A stretch of 64,000 bases of DNA from an uncultured Candidatus Saccharibacteria bacterium (GCA_964427585.1 CAYRVC010000002.1:41513-105512); one strand, 5' to 3'. Numbered from the stretch's first letter, positions 19,730-29,975 are shown. The notes: a model not told the origin generated them from the letters alone. Made by a program: numbers and translations.

Positions 19730-20452
19730 TTATTTTTCTTTTAGATGCGAATAATAATCCTCGGAAATATTTTCAAACAAAATTAATGACGAATTATCAA
19801 TTTTTAATTTTAACAAAACATTCCAGTCATTTTTTAAAATTATCCTCATTATTTTAACGATATCTTGGGTAATTTTTTTTGCCGTATTGTCCGGTTTAAG
19901 GCACCTATGGCAGACAACCCCTCCTTCCATGCAGGAAATATGGATATTGGAAGGATCCAGCCCTCCCTGGCAAACAGCGCATTTGTAAAGCTCGGGCAAG
20001 TATCCTGAAAAAGAAACGAAATTCCAAAAAAAATAGCGATAAATCAATGCATAACGGCTGTTGCATAAGGGCTGATTCTCTAATTTTTCCAAAGTTTCGG
20101 AGAAGAGGGAAAAAATTTCTTCGTCTTTTTGTTCCCCTTTTATAAAATTATCCAGAAGGCCTGCCATTCTGCCGGCGGTTTCCAGCTTTTCCAAATTTTG
20201 TTCTATGTTGATGAACTTTTTTATCAAAACGGCGTCGGTTAGGGTTTTGAAATTTTTGCCCTGGATGAATTCAATCTCCGACAAGCAGAGAAAATCAATG
20301 CCGCCCCTCAATTTAGAAACTATTTTTCTTATGGCTTTGGCCTTTATTTCCAGTTTGCCGAAATCTTGGGTAAAAACGGTAAAAACCCTGTCTGATTCAA
20401 ACCTGTCTTTTTTACCGATTACAAAGCCGCTGGTTCTGTATCTGACTGTCAT
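19730..20452 (-). CDS. recO: DNA repair protein RecO
   Basis: ESDRVFTVFT..FGKL...AK.IRK..SKL; CxxC...CxxC zinc finger. Confidence 0.92.
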   Translation of the reverse strand: MTVRYRTSGFVIGKKDRFESDRVFTVFTQDFGKLEIKAKAIRKIVSKLRGGIDFLCLSEIEFIQGKNFKTLTDAVLIKKFINIEQNLEKLETAGRMAGLLDNFIKGEQKDEEIFSLFSETLEKLENQPLCNSRYALIYRYFFWNFVSFSGYLPELYKCAVCQGGLDPSNIHISCMEGGVVCHRCLKPDNTAKKITQDIVKIMRIILKNDWNVLLKLKIDNSSLILFENISEDYYSHLKEK

Positions 20453-20751
20453 TATTTTACGGGAAAATCCCTTTTCTGCAATTCTTCCAAATATTTTATT
20501 TCTCTCTGCATCTTTGTCTTTTTTTGAAAATCCTGCTCCAGTCTTTTCTGCTCTTTTAAAGAATGCAAAGACCTTTGGTATTCACCTTTTGATATGGTGG
20601 AATGGTATTTCCTGGGAAAATATTTAACCTCCAATTTTTTCCTTTCCCTGGGTTTTAACTGCCTCTGGCCCTCTGATTTGATTTCGGTTGATTTCAAAAA
20701 ATTTTTAAACTGCCGGCGGGGAATCTCCGGCTTTTTCTCAAATAGAGACAT
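20452..20751 (-). CDS. Hypothetical basic protein
   Basis: 99-aa ORF tightly packed between ileS and recO on the same strand. Confidence 0.6.
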   Translation of the reverse strand: MSLFEKKPEIPRRQFKNFLKSTEIKSEGQRQLKPRERKKLEVKYFPRKYHSTISKGEYQRSLHSLKEQKRLEQDFQKKTKMQREIKYLEELQKRDFPVK

Positions 20752-20763
20752 ATTGTTAAAATT

Positions 20764-23670
20764 TTAAATTTTAATTATTAACAGCAAATTTTTACCGCCA
20801 ATCATAATCTCTTTTTTTAAACCAGACTCCAGGCTTTCGGGCTGGCCGGAAAAAAATTCTTTTATTTTGATTTCTTTTAAAAAGTCTTCTTTATTGTTTT
20901 CCAGAATTTCAGCGAGATTTTTATCCCCGTCAAAAAAGACGGAAATTTCGTCTGCGGGTTTTAAACCCATTTTTTTTCTCATATCCTGCAAATGACGGAT
21001 GATTTCCCTTATTATTCCTTCTTCTTTCAGCTCCTTTGTTATTTTTGTGTCCAGATCCACCTCATTCTTTATTTTATCATCAAAAACGATTTTTTTGATG
21101 TTAGTTTCGTCTTTTATAAGCTCCAAAAATTCTTCCTTTCCCTTTATTTTCAAATTCTTGTTTTTTATTTTGGCTGAAGCTATGGGCTGGCGGACTTTTA
21201 TCTCTTTTGAAGCCCTTTTAGATAGAATGAGGTTTACAACAACTCGCGCTTCGTCCATCTGCTCCTCTAACTCCAAGTCGGTCTGGTTATCATCTTTCAA
21301 CCTGGGCCATTCGGCCAAATGCACTGATTCATGCATGTCTTTTGTTTTCAGCCTGGAATACATTTCTTCGGCAAAAAACGGCATCACCGGCGCCAAAAGC
21401 TTTGTTAAAACAAGAAGGACATAATAAAGAGTGTCTGATGCATGTTCCCTCCCGTTGCCTTCCTGCCGGAATCTTTTTCTTGATCTTCTTATGTACCAAA
21501 GCGACAAATCATTTATGAAAAAATCTTCGATAGCCAAAACCCCTTTGGAAATATTATAACTGTCAAAATTGAATTCCACCAGGCTTATCAGGTGGCCGAT
21601 TTTAGATAATATCCATCTGTCTAAAATATCGCCTTGTATTCGCCCTGCTTCTAAAATAGGCGCATTTTTTTCTTTTCCGTAAGTTTCAAAAAACGAATAA
21701 ACATTGTAAAGCACCAGCAGTTTTCTTTTCGCCTCTTCTGCCGCGTTATAGCCGAAATTCATGTTTTCCGCCGGGTTCTGCTTTGCATAAATCCAGCGCA
21801 TCGGATCAGCCCCTATGATGCTCACCGCGTCATCAAGCCAAATGGCGTTTCCTTTTGATTTGTGCATCTCTTCCCCTTTTTCGTCGCGCACCGAGGCATA
21901 TCCGAAAATAGTTTTCACGGGCGGGACTCCCTCCAAAACAGCCGACATCACCAAAAGAGAATAGAACCAATTTTTAAACTGGCCGGGAAAAGATTCCGTA
22001 ACAAGCTCTGAAGGAAACCACTTTTTCCAATATTTCTTGTCTTCAAAATATCCCATTGTGGAAAAGGGCACGATGCCAGCATCCAGCCAGGGGTTTCCAA
22101 CGTCTTTTATTCTCGAAACATTTTCTCCGCATTTTTTGCATTTTATTTTTACCTTGTCTATCCACGGCCTATGGGGCGAATGGCCCGAAAAATCCTCCCA
22201 GCCCTCCACTGCCCTTTTTTCCAACTCCTCTTTTGAACCGATGACTTCAAAATTTCCGCATTTTCCGCATTCGAATATGGGCAGGGCCAAACCCCAATAT
22301 CTTTTTTTGGAAATCAGCCAGTCCTGCATGTTTTTCAGCCAGTCCAATTCCCTGTCCTTGCCGAATTCCGGTATCCAATTGATTTGTTCCGTTATGCCGA
22401 TTAAAATTCCCCTCAGTTTTTCCATTGAAATATACCATTCGTCGACCACCCTCCATACGAGCTCTTGCTTGCACCGCCAGCAAGTGGGATAGCGGTGCTG
22501 GTAGTCTTCCAGTTTGTAAAAAAATCTGCCGTTTTCATATGTTTTCAAATATGCAAAAATTATTTCCGGATCCTGTTTTGCGTTTTTTCCTGAAAATTCT
22601 CCCATTTCATCCAGATAAAAAGCGGATTCGTCAATCACGTCGATCACTGCCAAATTCTCCCTTTTTCCTATTTTAAAATCTTCTTCGCCTGAACCCGGGG
22701 CAGTATGCACTATGCCAGTCCCCTCAACATCGGTCACCAAGTCTTTATCCAAAACAACAGTATGGAAGGTTTCCGGTTTTTCGTCTCCGGCATTTTTAAC
22801 CCTTGGGAGGCCGTCAAAAGGCGCTTCGTATTTAAGCCCTTCCAGATCGCTTCCCTTTATTGTTTTTTTCAACTTGAATCCCTCTCCCAGTATTTTTTTA
22901 GCCAGGCTTTTTAACAAAATCAGCCTTTCTGATCCATGTTCGAACAAGCCATAATCAAATTCCGGATTTACCACCAAGGCCACGTTGGCGGGCAGTGTCC
23001 AGGGAGTGGTTGTCCATATGAGAAAGCTGGTTTTTTCAAAACCTTTTGTCAAAACAGGAAGTTTAAAATATATTGCGGTATGGGTTATCAGCTTATACTC
23101 TTCCGTTAAAATTTCGTGCTGACTAATAGCCGTGCCGCACCGGGGACACCATGGAACTGAATCTCTTCCCTTATAAAGCAATCCCTGCTCATGGCATTTT
23201 CTCAAGAAATGCCAAATGGCGTAGTTGTTTTCATCTGACATTGTGTAATAAGAATTTTCCCAGTCCATCCATTGACCCAAACGGATAGACTGCTTTGTCT
23301 GTATTTCTGAATATTTTTTCACCCTTTCTTTGCATTTTTCAACAAATTTATCTATGCCGTATTTTTCGATATCCTTTTTGTTTTTAAATCCCAGCTCTTT
23401 TTCCACCTCAACCTCCACCCAAAGCCCCTGGCAGTCAAAACCGTTTTGATATCTCAGGTCAAAGCCCTGCATTGCCTTATACCTCTGCAATAAATCCTTA
23501 TAGCTTCTGCCCCAGGCATGATGCACGCCCATCTGGTTATTGGCCGTAATCGGCCCATCCAAAAACGACCAGGAGGGATTACCCTGGTTTTTGGCTCTCA
23601 ATTTTTCAAAAATCCTGTTCTCCTCCCAAAATTTCAGTATTTTCTGTTCGTTTTCCGGAAAATTAAACAT
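20764..23670 (-). CDS. ileS: Isoleucine--tRNA ligase, type 2
   Basis: DGPITAN..GVHH, WTTTPWTLPAN, GTGIVH.APG, EMHKSKGN. Confidence 0.96.
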   Translation of the reverse strand: MFNFPENEQKILKFWEENRIFEKLRAKNQGNPSWSFLDGPITANNQMGVHHAWGRSYKDLLQRYKAMQGFDLRYQNGFDCQGLWVEVEVEKELGFKNKKDIEKYGIDKFVEKCKERVKKYSEIQTKQSIRLGQWMDWENSYYTMSDENNYAIWHFLRKCHEQGLLYKGRDSVPWCPRCGTAISQHEILTEEYKLITHTAIYFKLPVLTKGFEKTSFLIWTTTPWTLPANVALVVNPEFDYGLFEHGSERLILLKSLAKKILGEGFKLKKTIKGSDLEGLKYEAPFDGLPRVKNAGDEKPETFHTVVLDKDLVTDVEGTGIVHTAPGSGEEDFKIGKRENLAVIDVIDESAFYLDEMGEFSGKNAKQDPEIIFAYLKTYENGRFFYKLEDYQHRYPTCWRCKQELVWRVVDEWYISMEKLRGILIGITEQINWIPEFGKDRELDWLKNMQDWLISKKRYWGLALPIFECGKCGNFEVIGSKEELEKRAVEGWEDFSGHSPHRPWIDKVKIKCKKCGENVSRIKDVGNPWLDAGIVPFSTMGYFEDKKYWKKWFPSELVTESFPGQFKNWFYSLLVMSAVLEGVPPVKTIFGYASVRDEKGEEMHKSKGNAIWLDDAVSIIGADPMRWIYAKQNPAENMNFGYNAAEEAKRKLLVLYNVYSFFETYGKEKNAPILEAGRIQGDILDRWILSKIGHLISLVEFNFDSYNISKGVLAIEDFFINDLSLWYIRRSRKRFRQEGNGREHASDTLYYVLLVLTKLLAPVMPFFAEEMYSRLKTKDMHESVHLAEWPRLKDDNQTDLELEEQMDEARVVVNLILSKRASKEIKVRQPIASAKIKNKNLKIKGKEEFLELIKDETNIKKIVFDDKIKNEVDLDTKITKELKEEGIIREIIRHLQDMRKKMGLKPADEISVFFDGDKNLAEILENNKEDFLKEIKIKEFFSGQPESLESGLKKEIMIGGKNLLLIIKI

Positions 23671-23716
23671 AATCCATCTTAATCTAATTTTTCTCTGATT
23701 TCAACCTGACGCCTGA

Positions 23717-25411
23717 TTACATCTTTTCTGGCGCCTCTATTGCCAGCAACCGCATTCCATTTTTCATAATAATGGTAAAAGCATTTGTTATCGCCGCTTT
23801 ATAGGGCGAAAATTCATCTTCTTTATCAATAATTCTGGTTTTTGCGTAATAACCGTTAAAAATGCCCGCTAATTCCGTAAGATACATCGCCATGTGGTTA
23901 GGCTGGCGTTCTATGCTTGTGTTTTCCGCCACCTCCGGAAAATAATACATCAGCTTTTCAAGAAGCCCTGCCTCATTGGGAGTTTTTTTGAGGCTGGGCT
24001 TTATGTTTTGTTCCTTTGCTTTTTTCAAAACCGAAATTGCCCTGGCAAAAGAATATTGGAGATAAGGCCCGGAATCGCCTTCAAACGAAATGGATTTTTC
24101 AAAATTATAAACAATATCCGAGCCTATGGACTGTTTTAAAATTGAATATTTTAAAGCCCCTACGGCAACTGCTTTTGAAATTTCTGATTTTTCTTTTTGT
24201 AAAAAATCCCTGTCCTTAATCTTTTCTTTTACTAATTGTTCAACTTTTTCTATCAATGATTCGCCCGTTATAACGTTTCCTGTTCTTGATGACATTTTAC
24301 CTTCGGGCAAACGCATCATTCCGTGCCCGATATGTTCTGTTTTTTTCGCAAGCTCAGGCAAAACTTCTTCCATGGCCCTTAACATCACTTTAAAATATTC
24401 ATTTACCTCGCTGCCCGTAATAATGAAAGATTTGTCATAACGGTACTTTTTATGTTTTAATTGAGCCAGCCCAAGATCCTTTGTCTCGTAGGTTGGAAGG
24501 CCCTCGGAATTGATGAATACCCTCGTATGGAGCCCGTATTTTTCTCCTTTAAAAACAATTGCCCCTTCGCTTTTTTCAAAAATACCTTTTTTTAGCCATT
24601 TTTCTACGGTTCTTTTCCCTAAATCAGAAACTTGGCTTTCAAAAATCAGATAATCGAATTTTGTGCCTAGTTTTTTGTAAATACGGTCAAAATGCTCCAG
24701 GCTCCATTTTTTACCTTTGTCATAAAGCTTGTTAATCTGCTTGTCAGACCTTTCAAAAATTTTTTTATTAAGTTCATTGATCTCTTTTGTCGCTGTTTCG
24801 TCTGAACTATATTTTTTAGAGCCCATAGAATAAGCGCTGCCCAAAAAATTCATTTTTTCTGAAAGGGAAGCGCTGTCTTTTGGAAAATTATCCTTGTTCT
24901 GCAAAATGCCCCACATTGCCTTAGAAACATGCATACCCACATCCCCCTGATAACACACCCTTTTTACTTTAGCTCCTTGAAATTCAAAAATACGGGATAA
25001 AGATTCGCCTATCGCGTTGCTCATTAAATGCCCTATGTGAAATTCCTTAAAAGGATTTGGGTCAGTATAATCTAAGATTATCTTTTTGTTTAAAAGCTCT
25101 TTTCCCTTGCCGTAATCTTTTTTTATATTTTTTAAGTTATCAATAAAAATTTTATCTGAAATGAAAAAATTTATGAACCCCGGGCCCGCAACTTCTATTT
25201 TTTCAAAGATATCATTATTTCCTATTTTTTGTTTTATCATGCCGGCGGTTTCAAGCGGATTTCTGCCTATTTTTTTAGCCAAAACCAAGGCGGCATTGGT
25301 TGAATAATCTCCGTGCTTTTTTGCGCCGGGAATTTCAACTGAAAAATTCAAGTTTTCCTTTGAAAAATCTTTAACCGCTTTTTCAATTATTTTTTTAATT
25401 TCCTTTCTCAT
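23717..25411 (-). CDS. argS: Arginine--tRNA ligase
   Basis: HGDYSTN, AGPGFINF, PNPFKEFHIGH, KMSSRTG, GPYLQY. Confidence 0.96.
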   Translation of the reverse strand: MRKEIKKIIEKAVKDFSKENLNFSVEIPGAKKHGDYSTNAALVLAKKIGRNPLETAGMIKQKIGNNDIFEKIEVAGPGFINFFISDKIFIDNLKNIKKDYGKGKELLNKKIILDYTDPNPFKEFHIGHLMSNAIGESLSRIFEFQGAKVKRVCYQGDVGMHVSKAMWGILQNKDNFPKDSASLSEKMNFLGSAYSMGSKKYSSDETATKEINELNKKIFERSDKQINKLYDKGKKWSLEHFDRIYKKLGTKFDYLIFESQVSDLGKRTVEKWLKKGIFEKSEGAIVFKGEKYGLHTRVFINSEGLPTYETKDLGLAQLKHKKYRYDKSFIITGSEVNEYFKVMLRAMEEVLPELAKKTEHIGHGMMRLPEGKMSSRTGNVITGESLIEKVEQLVKEKIKDRDFLQKEKSEISKAVAVGALKYSILKQSIGSDIVYNFEKSISFEGDSGPYLQYSFARAISVLKKAKEQNIKPSLKKTPNEAGLLEKLMYYFPEVAENTSIERQPNHMAMYLTELAGIFNGYYAKTRIIDKEDEFSPYKAAITNAFTIIMKNGMRLLAIEAPEKM

Positions 25412-26094
25412 TGTATGATAGTCCCCATGAATGGTTTATTATTTAAAAAGCTTCCAAGGCGCTCTAATTTTTTCCCGTTGATTACAATCACCCTTAATTT
25501 CAATTTTTCAGCCAGTTCCGATGCCCTGGGGTCAAAGGGCAAAGACAGCCCTGGAGACCATTTGTCTCCCACAATTTTCCTGAAATCCGGCCAGTTTATT
25601 TCTTTTATCGCTTTGGCGCCTGGAAATTCTTTCGGATTTTTATCATAAACATAATCAATATTCGTAAGATTAACAATGGTTTTAATGTTATTGGTTTTAG
25701 CCGCCAAAACAGAAACATAATCCGTGGACCAGCCCGACCTCCAGCCCGCCCCCACTATGATCTTTTTTTCTGTTTTTATTTTCTTAGTAGGATTTATAAT
25801 AACTTCAGGATAAGAAAATTCTGAAAACAGATGCTTTACTATTTCGCCGTTTAATCTGGTAACATTCACTCCTATTTCATCTCTTTCTTTATCATTCGCC
25901 CCAAGCTCGGAAAGCGCTTTTTGATACAATCTCGCTATTTTTCCCCCGCCCGTAAAAATAAAAAACCGCTTTGTTTTTAAATATTTCTGCAGAGTTTTTT
26001 TAAAATTTTTCAAAAACTCAACATCAATTTCTCCGGGCGCCACCACAGACCCCCCCAAAGAAATAATAATTGTCTCTTTTAATTTTTCTAACAT
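25408..26094 (-). CDS. pyrH: Uridylate kinase (archaeal-type)
   Basis: ISLGGS, GGGKIAR.YQ, GWSTD, VYDKNP, PFDP.A. Confidence 0.9.
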   Translation of the reverse strand: MLEKLKETIIISLGGSVVAPGEIDVEFLKNFKKTLQKYLKTKRFFIFTGGGKIARLYQKALSELGANDKERDEIGVNVTRLNGEIVKHLFSEFSYPEVIINPTKKIKTEKKIIVGAGWRSGWSTDYVSVLAAKTNNIKTIVNLTNIDYVYDKNPKEFPGAKAIKEINWPDFRKIVGDKWSPGLSLPFDPRASELAEKLKLRVIVINGKKLERLGSFLNNKPFMGTIIQ

Positions 26095-26098
26095 AGTA

Positions 26099-26428
26099 TT
26101 ATTGTAAAGCGGCGGCATAACCGAATGAGTAAAAATAATCCCGCCAGTTTTTTTCCGTTGCCAAATAATTATTTCCAGACAAAAAATAATCGCAGAGCAG
26201 TTCCCTGACTCTGGTAATTTCCATTATTCTGTTTTTATTTTTAGAGTCTGACAGGGTTAAATCAAGCAGTTCTAGGGCCCTTTCAAAAGCCATTCGGCTG
26301 TATTTTTCATCTTTCTCTCTCCAATTGAGAGCTCTCTCAACCTCACTGCCAACATTAGCCATTTGCTCAATTAAAGAAAACTTCTGCCACCTACTGTTTG
26401 CTAAATTTTTGTGCTGAAAAATTGTCAT
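26099..26428 (-). CDS. Conserved hypothetical helical protein
   Basis: 109 aa with EQMANVGSEVERA..W; overlaps the upstream ORF by 4 nt. Confidence 0.65.
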   Translation of the reverse strand: MTIFQHKNLANSRWQKFSLIEQMANVGSEVERALNWREKDEKYSRMAFERALELLDLTLSDSKNKNRIMEITRVRELLCDYFLSGNNYLATEKNWRDYFYSFGYAAALQ

Positions 26429-26766
26429 TTTTCTACAAGTTTATTTACAATTTTTATAACTTTTCCTCGTATTTTTGCATCATCAACCCCGCGGCTTCGA
26501 TTGTTTTGTGTAGGTCTGATATTTATTACGGAATCAAACTCTATAAAATCTTCTCCTGATTTTTTAGGATATAAATTTATTCCCCATAAATTCTGCCAAT
26601 CGGAATCATTTTCAATTAAAAGCCCTTGCAAATCCGCGTGCAACTCACCATCAACTCCCATTGTTTCTTTTTTTACATCGACAACGGCTTTGACCAAGTT
26701 TCCAAACATCTTTTCAGCCATCTCCTTCAGCTTTTGTATTGATATTTTATCTTTTATTATCTCCAT
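26425..26766 (-). CDS. DUF5674-like protein
   Basis: VKAVVDV, ELHAD, LWGINLYP, IEFDS.INIRP..NNRS. Confidence 0.7.
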   Translation of the reverse strand: MEIIKDKISIQKLKEMAEKMFGNLVKAVVDVKKETMGVDGELHADLQGLLIENDSDWQNLWGINLYPKKSGEDFIEFDSVINIRPTQNNRSRGVDDAKIRGKVIKIVNKLVEK

Positions 26767-26888
26767 TTGTTTATAGCTTAAGTTAAGTTTAACTCGTTTT
26801 ACTCAAAAATTAAAGAGCCGCCGCATAAAAAAAGCCCCGGCCAGACGAATCTGATCGAGGTCATTACCCATTTAGGGCATATTTCTCC

Positions 26889-27233
26889 TCACGGCTTCTT
26901 TGAGTATTTTTCTGAAAACTCATCGAATTCTTTGAGAAATTTGGGCAAAGCAACCTTAGAATTTATTTCGCGAAAGAAACTTCCGATAATTAAGATATTC
27001 TGGGATGTTACCTTTCCACAAAATAATCCCAAAATTGCTTTTTGTAAGTTGATCAGAGCGTGAAGTTTATCCAGGGATTCCAGTCTATCTGCTAAATCCT
27101 CTGAATTTAGTTTGGTCAGGTCGCCTTTCTTAGCGCCGACTAAACCGAACTCCTGCATAAGCTCTGACAGAAAGCCCCACCAGAGACTTTTCCAGTCGGC
27201 TTCCATTTGTTCGGAACGCTCTAAATCGGACAT
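26889..27233 (-). CDS. Hypothetical protein
   Basis: 114-aa ORF with AGGAGAGG RBS and an upstream TTGACG..TATAAA-like promoter. Confidence 0.6.
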   Translation of the reverse strand: MSDLERSEQMEADWKSLWWGFLSELMQEFGLVGAKKGDLTKLNSEDLADRLESLDKLHALINLQKAILGLFCGKVTSQNILIIGSFFREINSKVALPKFLKEFDEFSEKYSKKP

Positions 27234-27346
27234 TTTCCTCTCCTTTTTATCTTTTATACTATCTTTCGCTCAATATATTTTTATACACTTATACTTTATA
27301 TTCGTCAATAGTTGTTATAAAATTAAAGTATTGCTAAACTTAAATA

Positions 27347-27790
27347 ATGAAAATATATTCGGAAAATAAAAAGGCGTTTTATGATTACAATATCCTTGAG
27401 AAATATGAGGCAGGGTTGGTTTTGTTCGGGCAGGAGGTAAAATCAATCAAAACCGGCCATATTAATCTGGCCGGGGCTTATGTTGCGTTAAAGGCCGGAG
27501 AGTTGTTTCTGGTTGGCGTAAAAGTGCCCCCCTATCAGCCGAATAACGCCGGGGCGGATTATAACGAAGGCCGGGAAAGGAAGCTTCTTTTGAACAAAAA
27601 AGAGATAAATTACCTTATGGGAAAGTCCTCACAGAAAGGTTTTTCTTTAATACCCTTGAAAATTTATGAGAAAAGTGGTAAGCTAAAAATTGAATTCGGA
27701 TTAGCAAAGGGGAAGAAAAAATACGACAAAAAAGAAAAAATAAAGAGGAAAGATATAGAGAGAGAAGTCAGCCGAGAATTAAACCTGTAA
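27347..27790 (+). CDS. smpB: SsrA-binding protein
   Basis: NKKA..DY.I....EAG.VL.G.EVKSI, RKLLL, GKKKYDK. Confidence 0.97.
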   Translation: MKIYSENKKAFYDYNILEKYEAGLVLFGQEVKSIKTGHINLAGAYVALKAGELFLVGVKVPPYQPNNAGADYNEGRERKLLLNKKEINYLMGKSSQKGFSLIPLKIYEKSGKLKIEFGLAKGKKKYDKKEKIKRKDIEREVSRELNL

Positions 27791-27791
27791 T

Positions 27792-28140
27792 GGGAGCGTA
27801 AGTTTCGACAGATATTTCCTTAAAAATATGCAAACTCAGTTTTCTAGAACCTGATAAAACTTCTAGAAAAAACATAATTGCCAATTCATTCAATAGGCAA
27901 CCGGTATTGGCATACGCTTAATGCCGCATCTTTGCTGTTGACTCCTGATAAACAGACAAAGGTGTTATACAATCAGGATGGGCAATTCAATTTCCCGGGG
28001 GATTGCTAAGACTTTAACGGGAATCAGGATATTAAAAATTTCGCCTGTTTCTTATTTAATATCCAAACAACAAAGCAGGATAAGTTTGTAGATTTATTTT
28101 TAAAAAATTTCTGGACCCGGGTTCGCCCCCGGCGCTTCCA
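27792..28140 (+). ncRNA. ssrA: tmRNA; tag peptide ANSFNRQPVLAYA* at 27880-27921
   Basis: Directly after smpB; 5' GGGAGCG..TTCGAC pairs with 3' CGCTTCCA; ATAATT-GCC resume context; tag ends LAYA. Confidence 0.93.
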
Positions 28141-28159
28141 CAAAATATATTTTAAAACT

Positions 28160-28666
28160 TTGCAGAATAAAATATTAATAAACAATTTCATAAAGGCAAA
28201 AGAGGTAAGGGTGATTGATGAAGAAGGAAAACAGTTAGGGGTGATGAATATATTCCAAGCAATTGATTTGGCAAAATCAAAAGGCCTGGATTTGATTCAG
28301 GTAACGGAAAGAGTAGAGCCGCCGGTATGCAGGATTGGAGATTACGGAAAATATCTTTATTCTTTGCAAAAAAAAGAAAAAAAGATAAAAACTTACGGGG
28401 GAGGCTTAAAAGAGCTAAGGCTGACATACAACATTTCCCCCCATGACATTGAAACAAGGGCCAAACAGGCGGAAAAATTTTTAAAAGAAGGAGACAAGGT
28501 TAAAATAAGCCTGGTGTTAAGGGGAAGGGAAAAGGCTTTTTCATATCTTGCAAAAGACAAAATCCAGATTTTTTTTAACAAAATAAACGAGCTTCTGCCA
28601 ATTAAGGTTGAAAGAGAATTGAAAAAAGAGCCCAGGGGCTTTACGACAATAATATCAAAACAATAA
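28160..28666 (+). CDS. infC: Translation initiation factor IF-3
   Basis: I.A.EVRVID..G.QLG, PPVCRI.DYGK; non-ATG start. Confidence 0.96.
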   Translation: MQNKILINNFIKAKEVRVIDEEGKQLGVMNIFQAIDLAKSKGLDLIQVTERVEPPVCRIGDYGKYLYSLQKKEKKIKTYGGGLKELRLTYNISPHDIETRAKQAEKFLKEGDKVKISLVLRGREKAFSYLAKDKIQIFFNKINELLPIKVERELKKEPRGFTTIISKQ

Positions 28667-28671
28667 ATAAT

Positions 28672-28857
28672 ATGAAAACCAAAAAAGCTTTGCTAAAAAG
28701 GTTTAAAATAACAAAAAGCGGAAAGATAATGAGAAGAACATCCGGGCAGAATCACAACCGGGCAAAAAAAACAGGCGGGCAAAAAAGAAAAATCCGCAAA
28801 TGGGTTCGGCTGTCAAAAACAGAGGCAAAAAGAATAAAAAAATTCATATCGCTATAA
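28672..28857 (+). CDS. rpmI: 50S ribosomal protein L35
   Basis: MKTKKA..KRFKITKSGKI; synteny. Confidence 0.95.
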   Translation: MKTKKALLKRFKITKSGKIMRRTSGQNHNRAKKTGGQKRKIRKWVRLSKTEAKRIKKFISL

Positions 28858-28869
28858 TTAAATAAAAAT

Positions 28870-29217
28870 ATGTCACGAGTAAAAAGAGCAACAGCGGCGC
28901 GCAAGCACAGGAAGCATTTATTAAAATATGCCAAGGGTTTTAAATGGGGCAGAAAATCGAAATACAAGGCGGCAAAAGACGCTTTAAGGCATGCCTGGAC
29001 TTATGCCTACCGAGATAGAAAAACCAAAAAAAGAAATTTCAGGCAATTATGGCAGACTCAAATAAATTCTTTATCGAGGCAGTTGGGCATAACTTACAGC
29101 AGGCTTATACACGGATTAAAAGAAAAAAAGATAGGGCTAGATAGAAAGATTTTGTCGGAGCTGGCAAAAAAGCATCCTGAAATCTTTGAAAAAATCGTAG
29201 AAGAAGTTAAAAAATAG
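28870..29217 (+). CDS. rplT: 50S ribosomal protein L20
   Basis: MSRVKR, AKGF, YAYRDRK..KR.FR.LW, LDRKIL. Confidence 0.97.
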   Translation: MSRVKRATAARKHRKHLLKYAKGFKWGRKSKYKAAKDALRHAWTYAYRDRKTKKRNFRQLWQTQINSLSRQLGITYSRLIHGLKEKKIGLDRKILSELAKKHPEIFEKIVEEVKK

Positions 29218-29242
29218 AAACGAAGCCAAGATAATTTATATC

Positions 29243-29270
29243 AAAAAACTGCGTGTTCACGCAGTTTTTT
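29243..29270. terminator. Bidirectional terminator
   Basis: AAAAACTGCGTG-TT-CACGCAGTTTTT between convergent genes. Confidence 0.75.
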
Positions 29271-29272
29271 GA

Positions 29273-29542
29273 TTACGAAACAGCTTTCTCTTTCTTTAAT
29301 AATTCTATCTTTTTCTTTGCGCCCCTGTTGTATCCGCCGGTTTTTCCGTCGCTTCTTATCACCCTGTGGCAGGGAATTTCCAAATCATAATTTTTATTCA
29401 AAATACTGCCTACTGCCCGGAAGGCTTTTTTGTTTCCGGCCTTCGCGGCCACTTCTTTGTAGCTTAAAACAGAGCCTGGGGGAATGCTCTTTACCGCTTC
29501 AAGAACTTTTTCTTTGAATGTTTTTTTCTTCGATAAAATCAT
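29273..29542 (-). CDS. MGMT-family O6-alkylguanine alkyltransferase (single domain)
   Basis: IPPG...SY..VA, RAVG, IPCHRV active-site motif. Confidence 0.9.
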   Translation of the reverse strand: MILSKKKTFKEKVLEAVKSIPPGSVLSYKEVAAKAGNKKAFRAVGSILNKNYDLEIPCHRVIRSDGKTGGYNRGAKKKIELLKKEKAVS

Positions 29543-29975
29543 TTGCTTTTTTTAAAATTTCTTTTGCGTTTTTAAAAGTAAGTTTTTTTAAAGCCTCTTC
29601 GTAAGGCAACCAGATAAAACCTTCATGCTCTTGTGAAATTGTTACCTCCTTTGTTTTCGTTTTTGCAAGATAAAAAACAACCAGCTTAAAAACCCAGGGG
29701 GTCTTACCTTTTTTCAGGTCTTCAGCTGAAACTTTTACATTATACTGCCTGAAAAAATATTTTATTATTTCCTTAAATCCATCTATTGTTTCAATGTCTC
29801 TTATTCCCGTCTCCTCAAGCGTTTCCCTTTTTAATGTGTCAAGTTCATTTTCACCCTCCTCCAAATGGCCTTTCACAAACTCCCAATGCCCGGATTTGTA
29901 CTGCAAAAGAAGGTAATATCTTTTACCTTCTTCCTCCCTGAAAATTATAGCTCCGGCCGACTTCTCTCTTGGCAT
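29499..29975 (-). CDS. NUDIX hydrolase (Ap4A hydrolase-like)
   Basis: W..VKGHLEEGE......RETLEETG; S.EH...W. Confidence 0.9.
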   Translation of the reverse strand: MPREKSAGAIIFREEEGKRYYLLLQYKSGHWEFVKGHLEEGENELDTLKRETLEETGIRDIETIDGFKEIIKYFFRQYNVKVSAEDLKKGKTPWVFKLVVFYLAKTKTKEVTISQEHEGFIWLPYEEALKKLTFKNAKEILKKANDFIEEKNIQRKSS

